Assembly: GCF_009914755.1 (NCBI RefSeq)
Contig: NC_060929.1
Length of the DNA stretch: 64,000 nt
Source of the DNA: the human T2T-CHM13v2.0 reference genome, Homo sapiens
Strand: one strand, 5' to 3'
The notes beneath the pieces are model-generated. The model did no database searches and had not been told where the DNA came from. It worked only from the letters and a program-made list of their open reading frames with translations. Shown piece by piece: positions 45,762-60,856 of the stretch; the stretch's first letter is position 1; the number at the start of each line of letters is the position of its first letter. Position numbers and translations under genes: made by a program.

Positions 45762-46611
45762 TGTGTCCGGAATTGGTTCCTTCTGGTGGGTTCTTGGTCT
45801 TGCTGACTTCAAGAATGAAGCCACGGGCCCTCGCGGTGAGTGTTACAGTTCTTAAAGATGGTGTGTCCGGAGTTTGTTCCTTCAGATGTTCAGATGTGTC
45901 CGGAGTTTCTTCCTTCTGGTGGGTTCGTGGTCTTGCTGACTTCAGGAGTGAAGCTGCAGACCTTTGCAGTGAGTGTTACAGCTCTTAAAGGTGGCGCGTC
46001 CAGAGTTGTTTGTTCCTCCCAGTGGGTTCATGGTCTTGCTGACTTCAGGAGTGAAGCTGCAGACCTTTGCAGCGAATGTTACAGCTCATACAGGTAGTAT
46101 GGCCCCAAAGAGTGAGCAGCAGCAAGATTTATTGTGAAGAGCAAAAGAACAAAGCTTCCACAGCTTGGAAGGGAACCCGAATGGGTTGCTGCTGCTGGCT
46201 CTAGTGGCCAGCTTTTATTCCCTTATTTGGCCCTACCCACGTCCTGCTGATTGGTCCATTTTTACAGAGTGCTGATTGGTGCGTTTACAAACCTTTAGCT
46301 AAACACAGAGCGCTGATTGGTGCGTTTTTACAGAGTGCTGATTGGTGCGTTTACAAACCTTTAGCTAGACACAGAGCACTGATTGGTACATTTACAATCC
46401 TTTAGCTAGACAGAAAAGTTCTCCAAGTCCCCACCTGATTAGCTAGACACAGAGCACTGATTGGTGCATATTTACAGAGTGCTGATTGGTGTGCTTACAA
46501 ACCTTTAGCTAGACACAGAGCGCTGATTGGTACATTTACAATCTTTTAGCTAGACAGAAAAGTTCTCCAAGTCCCCACCCGACCCAGAAGCCCAGCCGGC
46601 TTCACCTCTCA
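45762..46611 (-). mobile_element. Solo LTR12 (ERV9)
   Basis: Minus strand tgagaggtgaagccggctgggc...ccaattccggacaca. Eight CCAAT boxes in tandem repeats, U5 repeats, TSD ctag/ttag. Confidence 0.9.
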
Positions 46612-47070
46612 TTAGGGCCACACAAGCATTTAAACCTCAGTTTCTCCGTGTATATAATACAGTGGGGTGTTGGGTCTGGGGATGGAAGTTGGCCTTCTGC
46701 CCTCTGCCATTCTCTGGAGCCAATTTTTGGGGTCAATGAGAGAATGAGAATGCTGGATGACCAGAGATGCTTAGGAAAGGAGAAGGAAGGTCCTTAGAAA
46801 TCCTCTGGTCTGATGCTTCATTTTACACCTGGGAACCTGAAGCCCAGGAAGGCTAACAGTGATTATCATAATAAAGTTCCTCCTCTAATAAGATAATATA
46901 AGCAGTGAACATTTTGTAGGTTCTTGTGATAGGCCAGGCACTGTGCTAGTGCTTTAAATGCGCTGTTTACTTCTCGCCACAACCCTACAAAGCAGGGATT
47001 ATTATCTTCATTTTAAGGATAAGGAAATCGAGGCTCACGGTCACTCTAGCTTTAGGTTCTCCTTCCATAA

Positions 47071-47454
<384 letters not shown>

Positions 47455-47939
47455 AAGTCAGTGTTTTAACATAAGATTAATTTTACAAAGAAGCATTATG
47501 ATGCAATTCTCTCATTTCCATTAATAGAAGAGAATATACATACATACTACAAATACGTAATTAAGAAAACAAACATTGTATGTCCCCTCCCCAAATTTAT
47601 TACATACACCACCAGAAGCATGGAAATGCACCTTGAAAAACCACTGAATTAAATGACTTGTAAATCCAGCCCTATCTCTGCTTCTATAAGAATGCAGAAT
47701 TCTGGAGTCTGACGAGGACTGACAGCTGGAGAACAATGCTTTTAAAGAGATATCAGCCATGAAAATAAACACCAATAAAAATCCACTTGCAAACAGGATG
47801 ACCTCCAGGATATTTATAGCAACTGGTTTCCAGGAAGGATTTGTTTGTTTGTTTGTTTTTTCTGAGAACAGTTAGAAACTTTTCCAACCAGGGGAGTAGT
47901 AAGTGAATGACTTCCTGGAGTGAAACGTGGTGAGGGTGA

Positions 47940-48270
47940 TTTTTTTTTTCTTTTCTTTTCTTTCCTCTTTTTTTTTTTTTCTTTGAGACAATGTCTCACT
48001 GTGTTGCTCAGGCTGGAGTGCAGTGGTGTGATCATGGCTCATTGCAGTGTCAACCTCCCAGGCTCAGGGTGATCCTCCCACCTCAGCCTCTGAAGTAGCT
48101 GGGACTACAGGTGCATGCCACTACGCCTAGACAATTTTTTGTGTTTTGGTAGAGACAGGGTTTTGCCACGTTTTCCACTCTGGTCTTGAACTCCTGGGCT
48201 CAAATGATCCACCAGCCTCAGCCTCCCAAGTGCTAGGATTACAGGCATTCATGAACCACTGCATCTGGTT
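47940..48270 (-). mobile_element. AluJ
   Basis: AluJ-type consensus match. Confidence 0.82.
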
Positions 48271-48529
48271 GGGGTGGGGGGGATAGATTTTCATTGTTGC
48301 TCAGGCAGGAGGGCCCTCAGGAGGCAAAGACTATCTGAGGAGTTTGCATCAAGCCTCCTTTTACTTACATTGCTTTTGACTATCAAAAAGAAGAAACAGT
48401 GGCAACTATTTGATCTCATTTCTTGATCTCCAAAACACTGATAACCAAGTGTTCAACAGGCGTTTTGGTCTCCTCACATGATTGAGGGCATGGAAACCAC
48501 AACATACATGTACAAAGTGCTTTGGAGCT

Positions 48530-48910
48530 TTTGACTCAAAATGTGGGCTATGAACCAGCAGCATCAGCATTACCTAGAGGCTTGTCAGGAATGCAGAATC
48601 TCAGGCCCCACCCTGGACCTCCTGACTCAGAATCTGCATTGTAATAAGGCCCCCAGGAAATTTGTGTGCACATCAGACTTTGAGTAGTTCAATTGCGCTG
48701 GTCCAAAGGCCACACTCTGCAAAGCAGGGATTCACAGCATCTCTGTACTTGGCTGATCATCCAAATCAGCTGGGGAAATGTATTTCTACAGGAAGTTTCC
48801 TGGGTTCTGAATTCCACAGATTCAGATCCAAGACAACCAAAGCAGAGCCTGGGAATCTGTTATTAAGCAAAATCTCAAGGTGATTCTGATGCTCATCCAG
48901 GTTTTGGGGA
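48530..48910. mobile_element. MER5-type DNA transposon remnants
   Basis: cagcagcatcagcattacc...gaatgcagaatctcaggccccacc...cagaatctgcatt; gtgattctgatgc. Confidence 0.65.
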
Positions 48911-49140
48911 AATAACAACTTGCATTTGTTTAGGGAGCACTCACTATATACCAGGCAGAATCCTAAGCCCTTTACATGAATAAATCCATTTGATTTTAAC
49001 AATAGGTTTCGGAGATAGGTATTAGCATTGTCTCCTTTTCCACTTGGGAAAATTGAGGCACAGAGATAACTTGCCAAAGTTTGAAATGGTGGAGCTGTAA
49101 TCAGAATTCTGGTAACTTGGCTCCAGAGTTACCAGGCTCC

Positions 49141-49745
49141 TGTCTGAGGGCAGGAACTTTATCTGATTTGTTCACGGCTGTATTACCAGCACAGTGGCCA
49201 GCTCAAGGATATTCAATATGTATTTGTTCAATGAATTCATTCATTCATTGAAAGAGAGTGGTGAAATTCTGAACAGGGACAGAGAGATGACCTAGGCATC
49301 TTTTTTTTTTCCAAATATGGATTTTGTTTTATGATGGTGAAAATATAAACAAACAAATATAAAATATAAAGAGAGAAAAATTATCTTTGGAGACTCTTTA
49401 CAGAGTTTTTTGTATTGTTTATGATATCAATAACATAAAATAAAATGGAAATAACCAAAATGTCTGTCCTTAAGGACTTGGTGAATAAATTATATATGGC
49501 GAGTCCATGATATATCATTAAGCATGGAAAAAAGCAAATAGCATATCAATATCATAGTCTGAAAAATTATTATATATGCATGTTTGAATATTTATGAAAA
49601 AAACTGAAAAACTATTCACATAACTTTCGCCTTTTATTTTTTATTCCCTCATTTTACTGATGGTCACATAACTTTTAATGTGTGTTTTTGCAGGAGGAGA
49701 AATTTATGGAGACCTTTTATATTTTATAGTCTCATGCTATTGTTT
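49141..49745 (+). repeat. Direct duplication copy A (about 605 bp) of 52034-52640
   Basis: Near-identical sequence from tgtctgagggcaggaac to ctcatgctattgttt. Confidence 0.97.
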
Positions 49746-49764
49746 GCATGAGATGCAACTGTAT

Positions 49765-49936
49765 CAAGAGTTTCTCAACCTCAGCACTCTTGACATTCAG
49801 GGCCAGATAATTCTTGGTTGGGAGGGACTGTCCTGTGCATTGCAGGCTATTTTACAGCATCTCTTGCTTCTATCCGCTGTGTGACAACGAAAAATATCTC
49901 CAGCAATTGCCAAATGTCCACTGGAGAGCAAAGTCA
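49765..49936. mobile_element. MER20
   Basis: gtttctcaacctcagcact...ggccagataattcttggttg...taagaaccactg. Confidence 0.75.
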
Positions 49937-51499
49937 TTTCCAATTAAGAACCACTGGTCTAAAGTCTATACTTGTACCCATTCTGCTGACTCTAAGAACT
50001 ACTGTGTTCTCACTTGTAGTTTTACACCAAAACAGCCTATCAAGAGAGAAGTTACTAGCCTTATTTTAAAAGTGTGACTTATCCAGGGTCACAGAGCTTA
50101 TAAGCAGCAAAGCTAGGACTCATATTCACATTTCAAACCTATCCGTTGATTCTCATCCATGGTGGGTGTCAGGAGGAAGATTTCTGCCTCATAAATGAGC
50201 AAAGCAGAAGGAGAAATATTTACTCCCGATTTATCTTATTTCTTCAAGGCTTTGTCATGGATACCTACGGGATGATCTGCTCAGCAACCATCACCCACAT
50301 GCCTTAAGTGACCTGAACTCCTTCTGTATCAGGTATAGTTTCTATTGGTGTTGCCCCCAACTATAGGAGATTGATCCAGGGGTGGCACCTGACCTGAGCT
50401 GAACCAATGAATTCCTTTCCTGAAATTTTGAGACCTGAGAGAACATCAGATTAGTCTCCTTCTGGTGGCTAAATTGTAAAATGTAAAACTCAGAAGCTGT
50501 GGACAGAGCCAGCTCACATTAAGAGAGAGGTATAAAGCCAATACACAGAGCCAAACTGAGCAAAGGCTTCGGGAGCCCTAATGGGGGTCCACCCCTGAGT
50601 TGGTGTGACCTGCAAAGACTGACTGCCTCAGGATCCTTTTAGGGCTTGACTGTTCCTTGACACCTCCCAGAATCTTTCTAATAGTCTCTTTTTCCCCCAG
50701 TTACTTCAACTTGAGTTGAACAAGGGTCCTTAGTACAGTTTTTCCCACGGATAAGAAAATACCTGCTTGTTGAAACCAAACCAAACCAAACCAAACCTCC
50801 TTCATAGCATTAATATGCTCTAAAAATCTGATGATCTGGGCAAATCACTGACAACCAAGTTCCTACTATTTTAAATAGGAGAAATTGTGACATGAACATC
50901 CACCCCAAATACTCAACCATTTCTTAAGACGTAACTAAAACAAGTAAAATGCCTGTATGTAAGCAACAAACTATGACGTTAGTCTATGAATGCTTAAAAC
51001 TTGATACTAAACACAAATGAATATGGTTGTCACAAGAAATTGCTTTTGTCTGCAAACATCCTCCACATCCTCTTTGTGGATGCTTGTTCTCTTTCCAAAC
51101 TGTCTGTGTGGGTCCTAACATTTAACTAAATCTGTAAGGTAAGACAATGTAAGGAATGTCTCAAGATATTTCCCATGGGTTGTTTTGTTAAATATGTTAT
51201 ATTGCATTTGGGGACAGAAATGTAAATATTTCCTATATAAACATGGGGAAAAATTATAATGAGAGAGATATATTCATTCCCCGGAGTTTGGGCATTATGC
51301 AGAAATTTTCTGTGTGATAATTCCATATATATGTCAAACAATAGAGACACATATAGGAAAATATACAACAACCTGAACTTTCCCTCTCTAGAGGAAATCA
51401 TTGACAATCTGGAGGATGTGTTTCCAGGCTTTGTTCTACATACACACACATACACACGCACACCCTTCTCAAGGTGACTGCATGGGGTGGGGAATCTAC

Positions 51500-51717
51500 C
51501 TGGAGGAGATGCTGGAGGATGAGGACGAGGCTTCCCAGCGTGAAGACTTTGTTCAGCATCTAGAAAGTAGGCAGCGCACAGAGGCTCTGGAGGAACACCA
51601 GCAGCACCAGCAAGGGAAATGTGAACACTGTGTAGATGTGACATCCACGGTGGGTGTGGGAATCGCCACGCCTCTGCCCTGGCAGTCAGCTATGATCTCA
51701 TCAGTTGTCTTGATCAC
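51500..51717 (-). pseudogene. SLC36-like exon remnant (VIKTTDEIIADC...PTPTVDV/IYTVFTFPLLVLLVFLQSLCALPTF*MLNKVFTLGSLVLILQHLLQ)
   Basis: Matches PAT1 VIEAANGTTNNC...[53 protein letters not shown]. Boundaries ccatag/gtag. 218 bp (1-nt frameshift) and TAG at 51560-51562. Confidence 0.9.
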
Positions 51718-52033
51718 CTATGGATAAAAAAGGATGATGTGAACCTTAGCTGCGACCTGCCTGTTCCCATCCCTATGTCCTCCAGCCATTCCTGTCAATC
51801 TTCAGCCCTTAAAAGCACCAGCATCTGGAGATTTTCTCACTGCCAAAAACCTTGTCTCCCAAAATTCCCTTCTTAGTGACTGCTCAGCCTTCAGAGTCAA
51901 TGTTCCCTCCAAACTCCATCAGACCCCTACTCTTATAGCACCAGTCCATTGCCTCAATAGGGCTTATCATGCTTTGTCATTTTACACTAGCATGATTATT
52001 GCTAAATGTTTATCTTTCCCACTAGAATGTAAG

Positions 52034-52640
52034 TGTCTGAGGGCAGGAACTTTATCTGATTTGTTCACGGCTGTATTACCAGCACAGTGGCCAGCTCAAG
52101 GATAGATATTCAATATGTATTTGTTCAATGAATTAATTCATTCATTGAAAGAGAGTGGTGAAATTCTGAACAGGGACAGAGAGATGACCTAGGCATCTTT
52201 TTTTTTTTTCCAAATATGGATTTTGTTTTATGATGGTGAAAATATAAAGAAGCAAATATAAAATATAAAGAGTGAAAAATTGTCTTTGGAGACTCTTTAC
52301 AGAGTTTTTTTGTATTGTTTATGATATCAATAACATAAAATAAAATGGAAATAACCAAAATGTCTGTCCTTAAGGACTTGGTGAATACATTATATATAGT
52401 GAGTCCATGATATTAAGCATGGAAAAAAACAAATAGCATATCAATATCATAGTCTGAAAAATTATTATATATGCATGTTTGAATATTTATGAAAAAACTG
52501 AAAAACTATTCACATAACTTTCGCCTTTTTATTTTTTATTCCCTCATTTTACTGATGGTCACATAACTTTTAATGTGTGTTTTTGCAGGAGGAGAAATTT
52601 ATGGAGACCTTTTATATTTTATAGTCTCATGCTATTGTTT
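52034..52640 (+). repeat. Direct duplication copy B (probable source, begins inside an L2 3' end)
   Basis: Same sequence as 49141-49745; upstream ctagaatgtaag continues the L2-like context. Confidence 0.97.
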
Positions 52641-53654
52641 CCTTTTGTTTAAGAAAGAGCTGTGTTGCTTTTGTGTACTGAGGGGAAGAAACCAACCATG
52701 AAGATTTTGTATCACTCAAGAGACATCATAAAAAATAAACAAGAGTTTAAAATGAATATAAAAGATGCACCTGTAGATTCATTTCGGAAAGGTATATTAT
52801 ATATTGGCAGTAGATATTATATTTATTTATACACGTATATATATGTATATATATACATATGCCAACATAATATATTTACAAACATAAGATCTAAGTGAAC
52901 ACAGTGCTTTGTGGCCTGCCTTAAGTGGCTATACCACTTGAAATTCTTCAAGCACTAGAATGTACAGACCTATTTGCTCAAAATACACATATAACAAATA
53001 CTTGCCAAGTACTTACTTTGTTATAAGAGCTCCAAAGCAACTTGTCTACCCTCTATGAGCTCACAGGCTAGCTATAAAGAAGACATAACTGTATTCAAGG
53101 AAAACTATAAATATATTTAAACAGTAGGATTAAATTAAGAAGAGAAAAATAAGGTAGTGATTCCGCTGTGTGACTCAGGGAACGATACCCAGAGGAGGTG
53201 AGCATTTAGGATGGGTATGATTTGGATACGTGGAGATGAGAGACAAGAAGGGAGCATGTTACCTATAGGAAAAACAGCATAAATAAGGGCTCAGTGTTGG
53301 GAAAATGCACAATCTATTTGAGAATGGTAGATAGCCCAGACGTGTTGAAGCATATAGAGAGAAGTAAAAGATCAGGCTGGAGGGCAGGTAGGGACCAGAG
53401 CACCTAGGGTCTTGTGAGCCAGATTAAGGTATTTGGAATATATCTTGTCCAATAAGGAGATATTGACAATTTTCAAGTTGAAAAAATATCCTGTTTCATC
53501 TGTCGTTGCTCAGAGAGAAGGACCTGGAGTGTCCTAAGCAAAGGCTGAATTTCACAGGCTTTCACAAACCTGGTTGATTTGGATGGAGCTGCTTAAAACT
53601 CAAGCTGGGCTATCTCGTGCCATCTTGTATTTCTGCTTGAGTTCTCTGCCCTAC

Positions 53655-53736
53655 TTGTTTGAGGTTATCTGCCAGAAGCATCAGGAACACACAGCAGAAG
53701 CCCAGCTGGTCCACAGTCAGGAAGAACACAATGTCC
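53655..53736 (-). pseudogene. SLC36-like exon remnant (DIVFFLTVDQLGFCCVFLMLLADNLKQ)
   Basis: Matches PAT1 [29 protein letters not shown]/GT boundaries intact, frame open, one codon shorter. Confidence 0.92.
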
Positions 53737-54715
53737 CTGGGCATTGGGAGAAGATTGTTTTAAAAAGACGGAAGGGAAAGTGAATATGTGGCCATCTGAT
53801 GTGCTGGTGTTTTCAGCTCCAGCCTTACCTCACTTATCTGATGCCCTCACTTCTCACAGCCACAGATAGAAGCCTGGCTTGTAGCCTCAGACCTCCTCCA
53901 GCTCCAGAAGGGGCAGGAATACCCTGGCAGGCTCATTACATTTATGTCCAGGTATGTTTCCAGGCAGAGCCTTTGCGTCAAGGTATGGAGTCAAGAGGGC
54001 CTGCCTTGATCTCCCTTCCTATCATCCACCACCCAACCTCATCTTCTTGGAGAGGGAGGGACTCTGTTCTCAATTCTGACTGATTTGACTTTGACACTGA
54101 ATACTCTGCTTGGTCTTGGCTGTCCCTTCCCCCATGCAAAAAATCAACTTCCACTCTTGCCCCTCAATCTATGTCCCATACAGCATCTAGACTGATCTTT
54201 TGAAGACTATTGATTATATTATGTCCTTCTTATGCTTGGAAGCCTTCTGGGGCTTCCCTCTACTCTGGGAACAGCATTCTGATGTATTAACTTGCCTACA
54301 AGTCACTGAGTGGTTCGACTCCTGCTGACCTTTCCATTCTTCTCTTCTACTTCTCCTCCTTGCTCTGCCAGTTCCTGCAGTCCTCTGAGCTCTTTCCACC
54401 TCACAGTCTTTTGCTGATACCTTTCCCTAGGCAGTTCTTCCTACCCCTCTTCAAAGGGCTGGCTCTCACTTACCCTTCAACTCGTAGCTTAAACTTCACC
54501 TCCTCAGAGAAGTTTTCCCCACCTCTTTGCAGCTCTTATCCTAATTCATAATTATACATTTGTATCTTTTCTTATTTATTTTCTGTCCCTACTACAAGGT
54601 CATAAAACTCCATTGAGGTAGAGATTGTGTCTATTTTGTTTGTCTCTATTTTCCTAGCACACAGCATGATGCTCAGCCTATAGTGGCTACTCGATTGATG
54701 TTTGTCCAGTCACTA

Positions 54716-55100
<385 letters not shown>

Positions 55101-55719
55101 GAAAGTACACAGAGTCTATCTGACTTTAAGTCCCCACATGCTGCCTGGCATCCCCTAATGCCCAGGTTCAGAAACCATCTCAGGCATCCCAGGAGCCTCC
55201 TTATCCTGTCCTCTTTGTGTTTACATGCACCTCTTAGCTTCTCTGCCCTGCTTACTGCAGCAACTAGAGCTGGATGATCTCCACTGCCCAAGTCCTGGGG
55301 CCTAGCTTGCCTTGGATCTGGACTCTTTCTGCTTTGATCACAAGTAACAGAGCCAATAGAAGTGAGGAAATTGTTCCAAGACCACTCCGAAGGGCAGTTA
55401 CAACACAATGTGGTGCCAAAATGTATTTCTTATACATGATTGCTGGTAAATGCTTTATCAAAACTGGACCTTTGCTAAATTGACAATGATTTATTTTGCA
55501 CTATGAGAGCAGTATCAAAGAAATAACCTCATTATTCAATCTGTTGCCACCTAATAACTAAAGACTAAAAAAAAAGAAGAGCTGTTGAAGAAAACAAAAC
55601 AGCTCTGTTGTCAGGGTGTCAGGGTGTCAGGGTGTCCCCTGGCTGCGGAGATAGGTGACTACAAACTTTAGCTACCAGAATCTGTCCATCCACACTCAGG
55701 ATAATCCAGGATGATCAGG

Positions 55720-58189
55720 TGATATGGTTAGATTTTGTGTCTCCACCCAAATCTCATCTTGAATTGTAAACCCCAAAATCTCCATAATCCCCACATGTCA
55801 AAGGAGAGACCAGGTGCAGGTAATTGAATCACTGGGGACATTTCCCCCATGCTGTTCTCACAATATTGAGTGAGTTCTCATGAGATCCTATGGTTTTATA
55901 AGGGGCTCTTCCCCCCTTCGCTTAGCACTTCTCCTGCCTACCACCTTGTGGAGAAGGTGCCTTGCTTCCTCTTTGCCTTCTGCCATGATTGTGTGCTTCC
56001 TGAGGCCTCCCCAACCATGCTGAACTGTGAGTCAATTAAACCTCTTTCCTTTATTAATTACCCAGTCTTGGGCAGTTCTTCATAGCAGTGTGAAAACGAA
56101 CTAATACAGTAAATTGGTACCGAGGTAGTGGAGCACTGCTATAAAGATACTTGAAAATGTGGAAATTATTTTGGAACTGGATAATGGGCAGAAGTTGGAA
56201 CAGTTTGGAGGGCTCAGAAGAAGACAGGAAGATGTAGGAAAGTTTGGAACTTCCTAGAGGCTTGTTGAATTGCTTTGACCAAAATACTGACAGTGATGTG
56301 GACGATGAAGTCCAGGCTGAGGTGGTCTCAGATGGTGATGAGAAACTTGTTGGGAATTGGGACACAGGGCACTATGTCCTGAGACTGCACAAAGCACCAA
56401 GGCCTTGGGCCCTACCCACGAAACCATTTTTTCCTCCTAGGCCTAGGTTACTCTTGCTATGTTTTAGCAAAGAGACTGGCAGCATTTTGCCCCCAACCTA
56501 GAGATCTGTGGAACTTTAAACTTGAGAGACATGATTTAGGGTATCTGGTGGAAGAAATTTCTAACAGCAAAGCACTCAAGAGGTAACTAGAGTGCTCTTG
56601 AAAGCATTCAGTTTTATGTATTCATAAAGAGATGGTTTGGAATTGAAACTTATATTTAAAAGGGAAGCAGAGCATAAAAGTTCAGAAAATTTGCAACATG
56701 ACAATGCAATAGAAAAGAATAACCAGTTTTGGTGGGGGGAATTCAAGCTGGCTGCAGAAATTTGCATAAGCAATAAGGAGCCAAATGTTAATCACCAAAT
56801 CAATGGGGAAAACATCTCCAGGGCATGTCAGATGTGTTCATGGCAGCCCCTCTCATCACAGGCCTGGAGGCCTAGGAGGGTAAAATGGTTTTGTGGGCCA
56901 GGCCTAGGGCCTTACTGCTTTGTGAAGTCTCAAGACTTGGTGGCCTGCACCCCAGCTATGGCTAAAAGGTGCCAACATAGAGCTCAGGTCATTGCTTAAG
57001 AGGGTGCAAGCCCCAAGCATGGACAGCTTAAATGTGGTGTTGGGCCTACAGGTGCACAGAAGTCAAGAACTGAGGTTTGGGAACCTCTGCTTAGATTTCA
57101 GAGGATGTATGGAAATGCCTGGGTGTCCAGACAGAAGTTTGCTGCAGAGGAGGGGCCCTCATGGAGAACCTCTGCTAGGGCAGTGAGGAAGGGAAATGTG
57201 GGGTTGCAGCTGCCACACAGTTCCCACTGGGACACTGTCTAATGGAGCTGTGAGAAGAGGGCCACCATTCTCCAGATCCCAGAATGGTAGATTAATTGAC
57301 AACTTGCACTGTGCACCTGGAAAAGACACAGACACTCAACACCAGCCCATGAAAAGCAGCCAGGAGGGGGACTGTACCCTGTGAAGCCACAAGAGTGGAG
57401 CTGCCCAAGACCATAGGAACCTACCACTTGCATCCGTGTGACCTGGATGTGAGAAATGGAGTCAAAGGCGATCATTTCAGAGCTTTAAGGTTTGACTGCC
57501 CAGATGGATTTTGGGCTTGCATGGAGCCTGTAGCCCCTTTGTTTGGCCAATTTCTCCCATTTGGAATCAGTGTATTTACCCAATGTCTGTACCACCATTG
57601 TGTCTAGGAAGTAACTAACTTGTTTTTGATTTTACAGGCTCTCATAGGTGGAAAAGACTTGCTTTGTCTTAGATGAGACTTTGGACTTAGGCTTTTGGGT
57701 TAATGATGGAATAAATTAAGACTTTGGGAGACTCTAGGGAGGGCATGATTGGTTTTGAAATGTGAAAGGGACATGAAATTTGGGAAGGGCCAGGGTGGAA
57801 TGATATGGTTAGGCTTTGTGTCCCAACCCAGATCTCATCCTGAGTTGTAAACCCTGTAGTCCCCATAATCACCGCATGTCAAGGGAGAGACCCGGTAGAG
57901 GTAATTGAATAATGGGGGCCATTTCCCCCATGCTGTTCTTGTGATAATGAGTGGGTTCTCATGAGATCTGATGGTTTTATAAGGGGCTATTTACCCCTTA
58001 ACTTGGCACTTCTCCTGCCTGCCTCTACATGAAGAAAGTGCCTGGTTTCTTCTTCGCCTTCTGCTGTGATTGTATGTTTCCTGAGGCTTCCCAAACCATG
58101 CTGAACTGTGAGTCAATTAAATCTCTTTCCTTTATAAATTATCCAGTCTTGGGCAGTTTTTTATAGCAGTGTGAAAATGGACTAATACA
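55720..58189 (+). mobile_element. Full-length THE1 (probably THE1D): LTR 55720-56108, internal region, LTR 57801-58189
   Basis: Both LTRs run tgatatggtt...ctaataca, THE1 internal motifs present, TSD tcagg/ccagg. Confidence 0.92.
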
Positions 58190-58534
58190 CCAGGAGTTGA
58201 CCATATTTCGATAACACCTTTGCTCAGATCACAATTTTCAACCCTATCATGATTTGCTGTGTACCCCTGGGAAGGTTGCTTTCTGTCTTTAGGGCCTGAT
58301 TTCCCCATCTGTACTTTTAGTAGGTTGGATTCTAGCAGCTCTGGCTGTGTCCCTGTAGGAATCCATCTGGACCCATGTACACATCTTGAGTCTTGATTAT
58401 TGTCCCATGGCTGTCTTGATTTTAGGACTAAAGAAAATTCTCAAGCTAAGCACAGGAAATAGCAATTTCTGATATATTAATTTGCCCCCAGAAGCTGCCT
58501 TTGTTGTCAAGAATGTAAAGTAGTTTCTTTAGGG

Positions 58535-58720
58535 CAGTGGTTCTCAAACTTTTGTGTGAATTAGAATCATCTGGATGTCTTGTTAAAATACAGATTTCTG
58601 GGTCCCATCCTCAGAGTTTCTGATCAGTATGTCTGGGTGGGGCTGAAGTATTTGCATTTCTAATAAGTTCCCAGGTGGTGCTGATGCAGCTGGACTGGGG
58701 ATCAACTTTGAGAACAACTC
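58535..58720. mobile_element. MER5A
   Basis: cagtggttctcaaactt...tttgcatttctaataagttcccaggtg...ctttgagaac. Confidence 0.8.
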
Positions 58721-58860
58721 TTTAGGATATCTGAAAGTATTAAAATTAATTATAACTGTATTTCCAGAGGGACAGATATCAACATTGGACTACAGGATTT
58801 GTGGGACCTCAACGGGATCTGCCATCCTTCCCCATCCCAGGCAAGGAGAGGACAAGATAC

Positions 58861-58955
58861 CTCCCCCAGTGGGCGTGGTCAGGGAGCCAGGCATGGGGGC
58901 TGGCCTCTAGCACTGCATTGCAGTATCTCCATAGTCCATCAAGGGCTTATTGAGT
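58861..58955 (-). pseudogene. SLC36-like exon remnant (LNKPLMDYGDTAM/LEASPHAWLPDHAHWGR)
   Basis: Matches PAT2 [32 protein letters not shown]. Acceptor is AC instead of AG, donor gtatc, 1-nt deletion. Confidence 0.92.
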
Positions 58956-59817
58956 GTGGGGGAGAGCAGGATACTTTGTTAGGTTCAGAAGTATAACATA
59001 GGGAGAGAGAAAGGTAGATCTTTTCCTAGTACAAGGCTGAATGGAAAGATGTATAGTAGGAAATTTGGCAGAAGTGGTAGGTGCCAATACCCACTGGTGC
59101 CCACTGAGCCTCCCTCATTTCCCTGAAGGGCTCCAAAAATCATGTGCCAACTCGTTGAACAAGTATTGAATGGCTACTGAGTGTTGGAGTTATACAAGGC
59201 CCTAGGGTCCATGTCAGTGAATAAAATAGGCAGGGCTCCATCCTTCTGGAGCTGTCAGTCAAATGAATTAATGAGTCCCATGCATTCACTGAATGCCTTG
59301 GGTCACTTTGGCCCATGGCGGGCAGGGCACTTTTCCGAAGCCACACAGTGAGCTGAGGACAGAGTCAGGACCTGACCCTAGGCCTCCTGACTCCCATAAC
59401 AGTGATTTTCCTATGACACGCTGCTGCTTCCCAGAGACCATGCACACTGCTGGTCTTCCTGCTAATGATGGGGATGATCGTGCATGCCGCCCCTTGGAGT
59501 AATGATTTTTACCAGGAGCGCAGGAGCTCATAATCCTAAGAGTGCATCAGAATTTCAGGAAATGAGAGGGAATGTGCTTATTTTCCCAACTTCATTTAAA
59601 AATATAGCAGTAATAGTACCTATTATAAAAAGTCAAACAGTACAGAAGTCTATAAAGTAAGAAAGGAATGTCCCTATACGTATCCTCCCCTGCCTCATCC
59701 CAATGTAGTTCTCCTCACCACTTCTTTTAATAGTTTGGAGTGATTAAGTCCAGACCTTTTAAAATATATTTATAAATAATAAATGTAAAAGGGATTATTT
59801 TTTAAGAAATCTTGTAG

Positions 59818-60856
<1,039 letters not shown>

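Noticed and set aside
46245-46560. Regularly repeated units resembling a CRISPR-like array
   Set aside because: Normal LTR12 U3 CCAAT repeats, with no unique spacers or cas genes, in eukaryotic DNA.
51126-51727. ORFs 51126..51644 (-) and 51401..51727 (+) as novel proteins
   Set aside because: Off-frame or antisense readings of the SLC36 pseudo-exon plus intron.
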